Shown one piece after another: positions 50,401 to 63,882 of a DNA stretch of 64,000 nucleotides. The notes beneath the pieces were generated by a model, which was not told the DNA's origin, did not search any database, and saw only the letters and a program-made list of their open reading frames with translations. Every line of letters starts with the position of its first letter. Position 1 is the stretch's first letter. The DNA is taken from NCBI GenBank assembly GCA_964247055.1, contig OZ176050.1:3720001-3784000 (forward strand), given 5' to 3'. The stretch comes from Paragordius varius. Its lineage: Eukaryota; Animalia; Nematomorpha. The translations under genes were made by a program, and so were the position numbers.

Positions 50401-51088
50401 ATGGAATTTATTTAACAGGAGAAAGATGTTAAATTTTTTAACTAAAAAGCTTTTAAAACAGTAGATTTACTAGATTGAGTTCTAAGATATATAATTACCC
50501 CAATATATAATCGCAGACAGAAAAGGTCATGGTTAAAAATGGAGGCTACTTACATGGCTTAAACACACTCCAATAAAATATGCATACTTATAATATAGAA
50601 TAAACCCGAAATCTTTGAAAATTTATTTGAATTTGTTTTACCGTAGAAAAATCTATTATCTAGAAGATATTATAAAATTTAAGAAAAAAATGTTACGTTA
50701 AAAAACTAACTCTTCATGTTGTTTTTTAGTTTTAAGTAAAATATGTATTACGCCATATAGCTTAGTGAGTAAAAATGACCTTAGGCCAAAAAATATTTTG
50801 ATAAAATATATTTTAAGCAAAAGCGACCATTCAAATGAATACTTTTGAAATTACATAGTAGTATAAATATTTTATCTTGTAATAAAATATAATGTTTACA
50901 AACAAAAGCAATGTGACTATTTATAATATAATTAAAACGATATTATTTTTAAAGTAAAATTTTATATCAAAGAAGAATTAATTTTTCATTTGCGAGTTTT
51001 TTGATAACTATATACAATTTTCTATTTTTTTTATTTCACACAATTTTTTAAACCGTCCATAATATCAAACATTTTTAAAGAAAACCCA

Positions 51089-53637
51089 ATGAATTACAGT
51101 AGTCAAAGTGATTCGGAAAATCCTGACATCTCCTACATGTTAGAATGGCTGCTGGATCAAAAAGAATATTGCGAAATTCAAAATTTAGCCATAAACAAAG
51201 GCATTGAAGATGTCACTAACGCATCCAGGATACTTAATATAAGCCCTAGTAAGAATAATTCATTAAAAAAATCCCTTATTTTCCATTTTCTTAAAAAATT
51301 AATCATTGGATAAAATTATTTTTTCTAAAAAAATTTGATTTTATGTCAGTTACCTTTGCATGATTTTCCCTTTTCTCTATATTGTTCGCAGCATAATTTG
51401 TGACTTTTTATTATTACTCTAGTCTAGACATAAATATGTTATTTACCTAATATGTTTTTCAACGAAATTATACTAAAGACAATCCAGATCACATGATTTT
51501 TTAGGATGCGTAATAATGGCTAGTAAAATATATTGTTTATATCATCTTTTTGTGGTTTTAGATCCGGGAGCCTGGTCCCATTCAGATTTGATTAAATGGT
51601 TAGAATATAATTTTGGCCAAATTTTAAATGACAATCTTACGACAATACCACCATGGTTAAATGGACCAACCTTACTTCACATACTTTCTCCTTCATCAAT
51701 AAAGAATAGCAATACAACTAACTCTACTAAATATGATAACAAGGGACTTGCCTCGCTTTTATTATGTGATGATACTTTTGAATGCCAAAACATTGTTGAT
51801 AATATCGTGTCCGAACTTGACATATGGAAAAATGGTAATTTTAATATTACTTAATTACTAGTTAAATGATATAATATTAATATACAAATATTAGTAAAAT
51901 GATATTAGGGGTATAATTTATACATTCAATTGGATAAATTGGTAAGGCAGAACTTATATGCAAGTGATGAACAATCACGTTATTTACCGCCTTTTATAGA
52001 TTTTTTTTGTATGATTAATAAATAATAATGCTAGGGTACCTAAATTATGCATATTGATTTGGATTTTTGCAAGAGTTTAAAACTGATTTTATTAATGTAA
52101 AAGTGTGAATAATTTTAAAAAACATTAAGATTTATAAAAATCCTGTTTTAATCAATCGATTATAGTATTATACCATATTAATATTCTTATTGTTTCAGCT
52201 ATAATTGTAATTAAAAACACAATTAAACTCCGTTCTTGATCTTTTGCTTTAATAAGATATGTGTCGCCTCATTAAATTAATAAAAAAAACCATAAATTCC
52301 ATTCCAACAGTTAGCCATATTTTTAACATAATAACGAAATTTAAAAGTTAAGCATTCATCACTGGAGTTATACAATAAAACGGTATAAAAATTTGTTAGA
52401 GTAAAAAAGTTTAATTATATAAAAAAATTAAATTATCAGCACTAATCGTGAATAAAATATTTTTTTAGTTTATGACATAATATCTTCCAAATATAATCTC
52501 ATCCCTAAACCACACGAATCTGGTAACGAAGCAAGCATAAAATATACTGTTTTCAACCCCGAATTAACTAACACAGTTAAAGTCCCGTCTCCAATGCCTT
52601 CAGTTAGAAGTGCAATGACTGATTGGTGTGAGGACAATAAGTCTGAGAGTGGAGATAGCGGATTTTTTGGGTTTGGTATAAAATCCCCCTATACTCCATA
52701 TCAAAATACAGTTGTCAGTGTCAAAGTCGATGAAAATGTTCATAATGCCATCAATCATTACAATAGTCAAGGGTACTTGGACAGTTTTGAAGATTTGTTG
52801 TTTCGACCCATAAATAATAATTTTACCAATGAAAATTTACTTACTAATAAAAATGATGGTCATTTACCAAAATTTAATCGAGATATGGATTATAATAACA
52901 ATATTAACAGCACAATTAATGAAAAATGTAAACTTCCGACAGTCGACCACATCAATCTAACCAATAATTCTAACGGTGATAATAAAAATACTGAATACTT
53001 AAAATTTCAGACAGAAACTCCTACAAACAATACTAATGATAACAATAAACTTATAACTGAACTTTTGGGTTTACCCAACAATTATTTCGATGACTCAGGT
53101 TTGTCGATTTTCTAGTAAAAAATGTGACAAAAATATTTGTCTAATTACTCATTTAAATAAACGTGATACCTATATTATATAAATGTTTATTTTTTTGTTC
53201 AGATATAGCAAATGAAAAGAAAAGTTGTAATAATTACAACAAAAGCAAAAAGAATAATATGCACCTCTGGGCATTCGTCAAAGAGTTACTTGATAATCCT
53301 TCAACTTATGAACAGCATTTAAAATGGTTGGACAGAGAAAAGGGTAAAACATATATATATTTGTAATTGACATTTTAGAAAAAGAAAACAAGTTTGTTTT
53401 TAAAAATAACTTTTTGGACACAATTTTTTTACATAGAATAAATATTTCATAGGTATTTTTCGAATATACAATTCGCACGAGGTCGCTAGATTATGGGGTA
53501 TACGTAAAAACAGACCCGCCATGAATTATGACAAATTGAGCCGATCACTTCGGCAATATTACAAAAAGGGTATTATGCGAAAGACAAAAAGGTCCCAAAG
53601 GTTAGTATATCAATTTGTCGGCAAATATGCTCTTTGA
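51089..53637 (+). CDS. SPDEF: SAM-pointed domain ETS factor (SPDEF/Ets98B ortholog), ~462 aa
   Basis: Exons 51089-51248, 51562-51834, 52469-53098, 53203-53343, 53453-53637. [35 protein letters not shown]...[30 protein letters not shown]...SQRLVYQF, characteristic of the SPDEF subfamily. Confidence 0.93.
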
Positions 53638-54168
53638 TGTCAAACTTTATTCTTTACATTTATTTTTAACAACATATATATATAATGTACCACTCCAAAA
53701 ATCGCCAAGTATATGGCAAAAAGTATCATATTTTATATATAATTAATTTTTTATAAAGTATTCAAACATTTTATTACTCCTACATAAAAGTTTTTGTATA
53801 TATTTTTGCAAGTTATGCAATATTATTATATACATGTATTCAGCTAAACATACATTTATGATAATTTATTTGACATTTTGATATGCACCGGGTATACACT
53901 ATATACACTCTTGAAAAAATATTTATTTCAATAATTTTTTATATACTTTAACAAAAGTGATGAGCAATGGCCTCTGGTAATAGAGGTCAAATCTTTATAT
54001 ATTTCATTATAGCAGTTATACTGTTTACTATGCAATAAAAAGTTTGCCACTGTATACCATATTATATATATATATATATATATACATTAATTATTTTGTC
54101 ACATAATCTTCACATAATTAATAAATGTATCATGCATGTAAAGATTGCAATTTACACCAGAGAGTTTT

Positions 54169-57100
54169 TTAAACATTTTTCTTGAGTGTCCTTTGTTTTT
54201 CAGCCTTTTCCACCAATTTTTCAGCCAGTAGCAAGCCCTTGCGGACTCGTATTGCATTAAGATAAGTTTGAGCTCGATTACGTTTTTCCACATTTAAGGA
54301 ATCACCTTCGTCCATATCTTTGATTTCATCATTAAGCTCGGTTTCATTCGACTTGAAGTGTGTAGTAGTAGAATTATCCAGAAAACTTAATTCTTCCAAT
54401 TCGGCTTTACTTAATGGTTGTTCATCTAATATCTGGAATAAAAAGATAGTTAGTTGTGTTTGAAAACAAAGTGATGTTAGTGTATAAAATATAAGACCCT
54501 TTTATTTGGAATAAATTGGAAAAAAGATTTATCTACATTTGAAAAATAAAATATTAGTATATAAAAAAGAAATTGCGTTTTTGCCAAAAAACTTAATGTA
54601 AAAAATTTGAGTACGTTAAATTTAATAATATATGGAGTAAAAAGATATTCTTAGTAAATATACCTCCCATTTTGCAAATGATAGTTGAGGATTAGCTAGA
54701 CCGCTAGTTTTAGTCCTAAGTTCATGCGTGAATCCAAAACTCTCTACCATTGGAAGTAAGGATTTAACGCTAAATAATTGTGTGCCTTCAATCGATTCCT
54801 CCGATACAATCTTGCCATGACGCTTATGTAAGACACCATACATTTTACCTAAATGCAAAATTAAAGTAAAATTCGAAATTTTTGTGGGAATATCTAGATA
54901 TTTCAGGAAAGAATTAGCCGATTAAAAAAGTCTCGTTAATAGTTAGATAAAATCAATTTATACCTAAAACTTCAACATTGACTTGTACATCGCATGCATA
55001 CATTGCTAACATAAGGCGAAGTGATGATCGATATAACGTGTATTGCAAGCGATTTTTTATTTGAGACCCCACTGTGCCTGCTTGTAAAATTTGTTGACAA
55101 GATTCTTTTGAAAATATTTTCTCCATTCTTTTGTCATCCACAACTGACGGTTTTAGTGGAATAAAACCATTAATTAAAAGGGTTAAACACAATTTTAGCG
55201 AAAGTGTTTCGATAGAAGTGTTCATATTGGCATAAGATCCAGCAAATGCTTCCTCAAACTGTATCTGTCCATTGGCAAATGGTAATTTCTGGTTGGACAA
55301 ATAATTGGCTAAAGCATTCAGCGACACGTAGTAATAATAGTAATTGTTTAATGTACCCGGGCTCTCATCTTCATAATTGGATGATTCGCTTTTATCCTTT
55401 GATAAAGTGTTTTGTAAATATTTGTCACACTGTAAAAGTGATTGATAATTTAATCTTATATACATGTCATTGACGATAAATGATATATTTCGCATAGGTT
55501 CACCACACAGTGGGCCAGAAGCCACGATTTGATTAAATGCATTAATTATACTGCCATTCAATGTTGGTGACATAAAAAACTGCGACAAAATTGTAGAAAC
55601 TGGCATATCCAGTAAATCCACTTGCTTTATGCCGTCTATGGCTCCGGAAAAATCTGAGAGAAACGGAAAATTATAAATCAACAAATTTATGTTTGAGTTA
55701 TCGTATGCGGCAACGTAAGCACGTTCATGGGGTAAATATTTTGTGCGTAGATTATCTTGTGCATATAAAATGCCTAGTGTACACCAACAAAATGGTTTAA
55801 AACTAGGCGTAATAGCAGCATATTTGCCATGCGCTTTTATGTGACTTTTTGATTCAGATCCGGTTGTTTTTGTTTGGCAACCTTTTGTCCCAGGTTTGAT
55901 GATAGAGTCTGAACCACCAGTTTTGTAAGAATCAACAATGGAAACATTGTCGAGTTTGGTGGCACTTAAAGGAATAAAAGAGTCATGCGAAATAATTGAT
56001 GCTATTTCATCCCCATCATTCGAAGGTGTTTCTCCCATTTGTGTTACAATATGCGAGGTATTAAACTGTACTGATGTTGCTTTATTTCGATCTTCCAACT
56101 TAGCTAAACGTTTAATTCGTTTAACTCGGTCACATTTACAGTTTTCGTTGTTAGACGACAATGTTGTGGACAAGAGTTGGATTGCAGAATTAAAATTTTT
56201 CGTGTCGGATGAGAGTGCCAATGATGAATGCTCACCATTCAACAAATCAATGTACATAGGGCACAAACTTTTTGTTAAATTATGCGTTTTTTCAAACGTA
56301 TCAGATGTTTCATTTGCTATATAACGCGTTTCGACATTTAAATCCACCGTTTTATGCACAAGGGAGGGGAGAGCAGGAACCTGTAATATAACTCCCATAT
56401 TTCGAAGGATAGATATAAATTTTGGACTATCTGAATGTTTTGATTGCATCAAAACTGTATCATTTGATCCTAAACATTTTGTATTCTCTTGTAATTGTTG
56501 TTTAGAGTTTTCTGCATGCGTATTATACAAATTCGTTTGCTCATCGGTTGACGTTATAAAATCATACTGATAATTGGATATAATAGTTTCACGAAAGGGA
56601 ACTATTGGTTTAGAAACGCTAAAATGTGCGTGAAATTGTTCAACTAAATCACTGTCATTCATGGTATTTAATGCATTTATATGTGTGGTGGTATCATTGT
56701 TGCCTTCAGAGTAAGATAACTCATCCATAATGTGAGCCAATTCAAGGATGCAATGTTCCAAATGAACTTCCCCAATTATCTTAAGTATGAGTTGACCGTT
56801 ATTGTTGAGATAAAACTTGGAGGATGGGTCGGAAGCGCATAGCAATTTAAGGGCTAAACACAAGAGCAAAATGAACAATTTATCAATATTTGGAACAAAT
56901 TTATTTTAAATTTAATTCTTTAAAAATATGAATAATTATATTTAAACCACGAAAAAAAAATTTAACCTTGATGTAGCTTTTGATATAAACCAATTTTTTT
57001 GGGTTCAATGGCAACTTCCAGCAACGGTTGAGCGTAGTGATATAAATTTGACTAAAAAATAGACAAATATTTAATTAAAACAGTCAATTATAATTTAAAG

Positions 57101-60100
57101 ACAAGGAAAATTTAATTTAACAGAGTGTTAATAAAAATAGCATTATACCAAGCAAGGAGCATATTTATCACTGGATATGGTAAGTGTTTTAGGTAATTGA
57201 CGTAGTATATCGTAAGAAACACGTCTTTTATCATCGATATTTGCTAATTTATTTTCTTCATCAGAAGAATTACTATTGTGTGTAATAAATTCAATTTGGG
57301 CCACTACCACGTTTCCAGCTTTAATTGCGGGTAAAAAATCATGGTTCACATTTTTAGTTTCGACTAAATTATTTGTTTTGCAACAAAGTTGTGTGATATC
57401 AGTTAAATCCTCATTCCCACCTTGGCACATGAAAATGCGTTTAACATAAAGTTTATGTAAATGATTATCATTAGTATCATCTTGCGTATTAGTGGTTAAA
57501 TTGTTAACTCCTTGTTCAAACGACGTTCTTAAATTATCAGAATTTTCACTGTGACTAAACACGAAAGAAAATATCAATGTAAAAATATAATGGAATGCTA
57601 GAAATACAGCAATATAATTTGATAGATAAAAATAATCAACAATACAAATCATAAAAATTAGCCAATTTGATAAAAAACATTAACAATATATAAAATTGTA
57701 AGAATATTAGCAATAAGTACGTTTTAGATTGAAGAATGTAATAATTTTGATTTGGCTCAAGTTGACCGGAATATATTTTGCAAAGTGCTAGAAAAACGAA
57801 TTTGTGATCATCATTATTGCATTTGGAGTGCTCATCTGATGGAATTCCGTCCGTTTCAACAGGTTTATTCTCATCTTGACAAAATACTGGAACGTTTTCT
57901 ATTGTAAAATACATAAATAAACGAATGATAAAATAATTAAGTATCATTTAAGGACTATATACGTTAAAATAACGGTTGTGGCAAAAATGTTTAAACATTT
58001 TTATTAAATATAATATGTTTTTTGTTTTCCGAATTCGTGAATTAGAGAAAAGATTTAGCGAGTCATAATTATAAATTTACTAATGTATTATTTCATAGTA
58101 ATTAAAAATTTGCAATATCGAAACTCTACCGCTGGACATGATAATATTAAAAAAACGCCAAATCACATTAAAAAATACTCCTAATCCCCCTTAATTATTA
58201 TCACTAATTTTTGTAGATAACAAATCTACACACAATAGTTAATAAATTATTATTGTATTCATATTAAAATACCGTTCTTTTCAATATTTTCATTTTCATC
58301 TTTGATAGAATTTTGGTGATTTTCATTGTTTAAAATTGGATTTGTATCATTGAATCTAGCCTTGTATTGCTTTAATTTTTGCCTTCGATCTGCAAGTTTT
58401 TGCATAAATGTTGAATCAGTATTGGAAATATTATCCCTCTCAATATTATTCATGTGATGATAATGAGGAGAGTTTTTAAGGATTCCATTTATATTTCCAC
58501 CATTACAGATAATTTGATAATTAGTTTTTTTAGCAAAAACCGTCGATGTGAGTGCAGCAGAATCGCATTTAAATATTTTACATATAAATGCAATGGTTGG
58601 TACGCTACTTTGTTGCGTGTTGCAATCTTGAATAGTTGTGTCATTGCTTTCACAATTCAATATTGCTAAAAGTTGTTTATATATATACATAATTATTAAA
58701 GTTATAAAGATAAAACGTAAAAATAAAATGTTTTTTTCAATTTAATTAAAGTAGTCATTTTGGATTGCAAAATAAGGATGTGGGATGTAAATTGGTAACA
58801 TAAATTATATATTTCAAAATTGTAATGTAGTTAATGTAATATCGAAGTTTAAAAAGTATGAATGCGTGTATAAAAATGTTGTTTGTTGGTTCCTTTATAA
58901 TTTTTACTAAAATACATTTTAGACAAAAAATATTTAATTATACCTTTGAGGTACTTAGTATTGTATTCTTCTCCATTAACAATATCTTGATCGTGGATCA
59001 AAACTTTTAATCGATTCTCAGTCATCTCCAATGGGCTTGGTAATTTTTCACATATGGAAGCTTTCATAAATATTTGAAAATATGTTTCAAAAATTGCTAA
59101 ATTACATATTTAAGCCAAGTATAGCCTTAAAAATTAAAAATTGATACGAAGTAATATTAAAGTGTTTTTAGAAAATATTTGATATTTTAAGGGTTTAAAT
59201 AAAAGGATACATTAGGCAATTATATGAAATTACGAATTTCAAAAAAATTATACCATAAAAATTAGTTGCTAATGGTAACCATTGTTGCATTATTAAGCAA
59301 GTTAACAGATATTTTGATTCGTAGAAATCCAGTTCTTTTGGCGGAAGAGTTAAACCAAGCCCCTTAAACACTTTTACAAGTGCTACATTATCCCTATTAA
59401 TAAATATAAATAAATGGTTATATAAAAAATAGTAAAATAATTTTAATATACCATTTACAAATATTCACCTTTAAATTCAAATTCACCCTATAAATAAATT
59501 ATGTGTTTTCGGGCAAATATAACTCATCATTAATGTATAATATATTCTTATGGCATAGTTAATTATTCTTTCAGTTTTTAATTAATTTTAAACGAAATTC
59601 AATTTTTTAAACTTATCAAAAAATATTAGTAATTTTTAATATTAAAAAACACACAATTTATTTTAGGCTGAATTTAAATTGCTAGGGTGTATTTTGTTCA
59701 AAGGTAAATTTGAACTGTAAACGGTATATATAAAAACTAAAATCTATTATTGGTTGTTGGAATTTTCTAAAAATATACCTATTAATCAAAACTTTATCGT
59801 ACACATTCCAAACAGGATCCAATATAAAGGATACAAAGAGCGGTTTCTTCTGCTTAATCTATGAATGCAATTTTTTGATAAATTTTGTTAATTATTTAAA
59901 TAAAGAGTAAAATACTATAAAAAATTACAGTTAGATTAATTAATGATTATCACGAAAAAACAAATGAATATCCAAAAGAAAAAATGATTAACACATGGTT
60001 GAAAAAATATGTTAAAATACAGCAGAAAGGAATTATCAAGGATCGTATATGGTGTATTTATTACATATTTTTTAACCATGTGCTAATCATTTATTATAAT

Positions 60101-61917
60101 AAATAATAAAACCTTAGCTCCCTTTCTAATCATTTTTTCTTTGGTATGGAAATAGTAATCACCCCACAAAGTTTTGTTCAAAACGTTTCGACTAAATCCG
60201 AGTTTTTTAGCATATAATTCTGAAAATGTGGCAATACTATATATCAAAATATAATTTATTATCACACATAAATTATTAAAAATGAATAAAAGATTTTGAG
60301 TTTTAAATTTTCATAAATAAACATTTGGTTTAAAGGTAAAAAGTACGTAAAATTGTTAAAATACGACAACTAAAAAAATAGTCCACAAATACTAATCGAA
60401 ATTATTTCTACAAGGATGATTATTAACATGATTGAGTAAGTTAAAATTAATCACTTCATGTATTGTTAAAATAAAATAATTATCAAAAATATTAATAATT
60501 TATTTCATACACAACATATAAACCTAAAAAGCCATCCATCTAAAGCACTAGCAAACAAAACGTTTCCTTTCGTTGGACAGAAATAAAGACTTTCATCCGA
60601 GGGTGCATTAAATTCCATATCGTTTTCTAAAAGTGTTAGATCTTCCTTTTTGTTCTAAAATATTGAAAAATAATTAATTTTAATTACATAGACCCATATC
60701 AAAATATCAAAACTCATATATTTAACAAAATAAATAAACATTTATCAATGAAAATATGATATTTTATGTATAAATTCACTATATACTAAGGGATTTAATT
60801 TATAAACAGTTACAAATAATTTCGAAAAATCTATTTAAAATAATAAAAAAATTTTATAGAAAAACCTTTTACCTCGTTTCGATCTTGCATCGTAAAATGA
60901 GCTGATGCAATAAGTTCACTGAAAAAAGAGTTTACCTGTAAGAAAATAAAAAGTTTAAATTTTATTATATTAATAAAAAAAGAAAAAAATAACTAAAAAT
61001 GTTTACTTCACCCAAAATCTTTTCAATGTGTGTATAAGCTTCCATGGGCGTTAATTTCGTTTCCATAATTAAACGATCTATTTTGTTTAGGACTAATATG
61101 ATGGGGAGACCTTCATTCCATGTTTGCCGAATAACGGTTTGAGTCTATATTTTATTTTTCATATTAATCATTAAAATTATAATATTTGGACATAAAATTA
61201 AAAATATATGTCGCATTATTTAATTAAATAACTTATTATTTTAGATTTATTAAAGGAGAGAATTTAAATTGAGGTTAGTACTTAAATAGGTGATACAGTC
61301 GACAGCTAAGGCTATTAGGGTTTTAAACATACCCGACCCTATACAAACACACACTATGAAACATAAAATCCATAATATAAAATGTTTATTGTAATTAAAA
61401 ATCTACAATCAAAAATATAATTTCCATAAAAATGGTCCTTCAATATTTAATTTTAACTGTATATTAAATTAAAATAATAAAATGTAAAAATTAGCATTTA
61501 AAAACACTTTTTTACTTGCGGACAAAGTCCTTCAACAACATCGATTAAAACGACAGCGCCGTCAGACAATCTGACTGCAATAGAAACTTCATTGCTAAAA
61601 TCGATATGTCCAGGTGAATCTATCAGGTTTATCAAAAATTTATCGTGTTGATTCGCCGCTTCATAAAGTAGGGAAATACAACTAGATTTTATAGTTATCC
61701 CCCTGTCTTGTTCCTCTTTCTTGTTATCCATATACCGTAACTTTCCAGCCGTTCTTTTGGCAATGAGTCCGTTCGAAGATATAAGATGGTCGGCAAAAGT
61801 TGTTTTTCCATGATCAACATGTGCTAACAGACAAATATTTCGTATGCACGATGGATTTTGCGAAACTTCAAAAATTAAATTTGATCGAGTGAGATGGCTA
61901 TTCAAAGAAGAGTGCAT
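54169..61917 (-). CDS. EFL1: Elongation factor-like GTPase 1 (60S maturation), expanded to ~1,530 aa
   Basis: 15 exons: 61917-61516, 61144-61007, 60935-60873, 60655-60524, 60236-60113, 59858-59779, 59393-59254, 59060-58944, 58665-58273, 57898-57721, 57554-57149, 57051-56967, 56853-54964, 54848-54664, 54432-54169. [37 protein letters not shown]; EFL1-specific C-terminus [18 protein letters not shown]. One-base phase mismatch at the exon 3/4 junction. Confidence 0.95.
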
Positions 61918-61961
61918 AAAATGATTTAAAACTCATTTTTTTTACATTCATCGACAAAATC

Positions 61962-63882
61962 ATGCTTGTAAAACATTATAAGGATTTGACCAATTTGGCC
62001 AAACTTATTGATGGTAATTTGATATCAAAGTAAATAATTTTATATATTTTAGACAACTAAAAGAGAAATTAAAGTTAGATGTCGCAAAATTTAAAAATTC
62101 TTATGGATTTGCACCTGGACTAGCTATCGTTCAGGTATTAAAGTTATCAAAATTCATATAGGTAGGAGATCGGACTGATTCCAATGTGTACATAAAAATG
62201 AAATTAAAGTCAGCCGAAGAAATTGGCATGACGGCCAATTTAATTAAAATAGCCAAAAGTTCATCTCAAAAAGAGGTTTTTAAAATTTATATATCAATAT
62301 GATTAGATACTATCCATAGTTAAACAATTAAATTCAGATCAATTAGTACATGGAATTATTATACAATTACCATTAGACACGGATGAAAAAATAGATTCCA
62401 ATTTTCTTTTATCCCACATATCGATTCACAAGGATGTTGACGGCCTCCATCCCTATAATAGTGGTCAACTTTCCCATGGTGATTTATCCAACACATTTAT
62501 ACCATGTACTCCGAACGGATGCCTTCATTTAATAAAATCTACAGGTTTTTTCTACGGTTAACAAAATTAATCTATATTATTTTTTTGATATAATTAATAT
62601 ACATTATGAATTTTAATATTCAAACAATTGGAATAAATAGTTTGTTCATCTAAAAATAGTATTATAGTGCAGAGGTGTCCACAAACGGCTTCGCGGGCCG
62701 CATCGATGGTAACAAATGCACATCAATAATTATTATTATATATGAATCATGAGATTGTAAAAAAATGCGACAACTATGCTACTTTTTAATTTGATTTTTG
62801 TTTGTTCGTTGGAAAAATTTAAAGTTTATTCAGATTTGACTACATTTTTAAAATTTCAAAAGTTAAATTTTAGTAAAATAGTTTGAATTACGTTTTCTTC
62901 TATAATTTTAAACTGATAATGTCTACTTCAAAATTTATTAAATATGAATAATTATAAGCATGATGATTACCATCTCTGGTGTTAATAAACATAATATTTT
63001 AATTTTGAATAAATTAAATAATATTTTAACACTTAATTACCTCACCTTTTTATCCGCGATAACATATTGGAATTTATATCCCAAAACTCAATCTTGTAAT
63101 AAACCACTGTTTAAATAAACAGCTGATTTTAAAATAAGTATCAGTTTTTGCTAAAATGTAATCTGAAAAAGTTAATAATTTACATTATCCAACCATATTT
63201 TTTTAAGAAATATGACGCCTTCTTAGCTAAAGAAAGCATATTTTCTATATAATGAGATTTGTATTAAACAAAAAAGTTATTACCATAACTATGTTTAATA
63301 TTATGTTTTATTGCTGATTGATAAGATTAAAATTCCTTATAAATTAATTTATTTATAATTTTAACATGAATTATTTGTAGGTTGTTCGATTGAAGGTAAA
63401 CGTGCGGTTGTCGTAGGCCGGAGTCGTATTGTTGGAAGTCCCATGGCTCAATTACTTATATGGAACAATGCTACTGTCACAGTTTGTCATTCTAAAACTC
63501 AAAATTTGTCCAACATAGTATGGTTTATTACACATTTTTATTGCCAACTAACTTATAGTCTCTCTTATATTTATTATACTTACCTTGTAATAAGCTCTTT
63601 CTATTACACTGCTTTACTAATGTCTTGATTAATGTAAATGCAGAACACAACATATATTTTAGCTTTTCTTCTCATTTTCATAAAATTTTGACCGTCATTT
63701 TAAATGGTTTAATATTTGGCCTCACGATATGATAAAAACTAAGTTTCACAATTTTTGCATTGTTTTTTAGACAAAAGAAGCTGACATATTGGTAGCAGCG
63801 ATTGGGAAGGCGCATTTCATAAAAGGTGATTGGATTAAACCTGGTGCAATTGTCATTGATTGTGGAATCAATAGTATTCCAG
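61962..63882 (+). CDS. MTHFD1: Methylenetetrahydrofolate dehydrogenase/cyclohydrolase, N-terminal part (C1-THF synthase type); runs off the window
   Basis: Exons 61962-62029, 62053-62134, 62162-62275, 62307-62544, 63381-63517, 63771-63882. [63 protein letters not shown]. Confidence 0.92.
62670..62706 (+). mobile_element. Possible hAT-Charlie-type terminal remnant in an intron
   Basis: cagaggtgtccacaaacggcttcgcgggccgcat resembles CAGGGGTGTC...GCGGGCCGCAT hAT ends. The other end was not found. Confidence 0.35.

Noticed and set aside
55246-58669. Plus-strand ORFs inside EFL1
   Set aside because: Antisense shadows of EFL1 exons.
54169-61917. EEF2 or EFTUD2/Snu114 assignment
   Set aside because: The C-terminal RKGL..EK.VE.AEKQRTL motif and lack of an acidic N-terminal extension indicate EFL1.
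61918-61961. SL trans-splicing as the explanation of the tiny head-to-head spacers
   Set aside because: No polypyrimidine-AG acceptor immediately precedes three of the four start codons.
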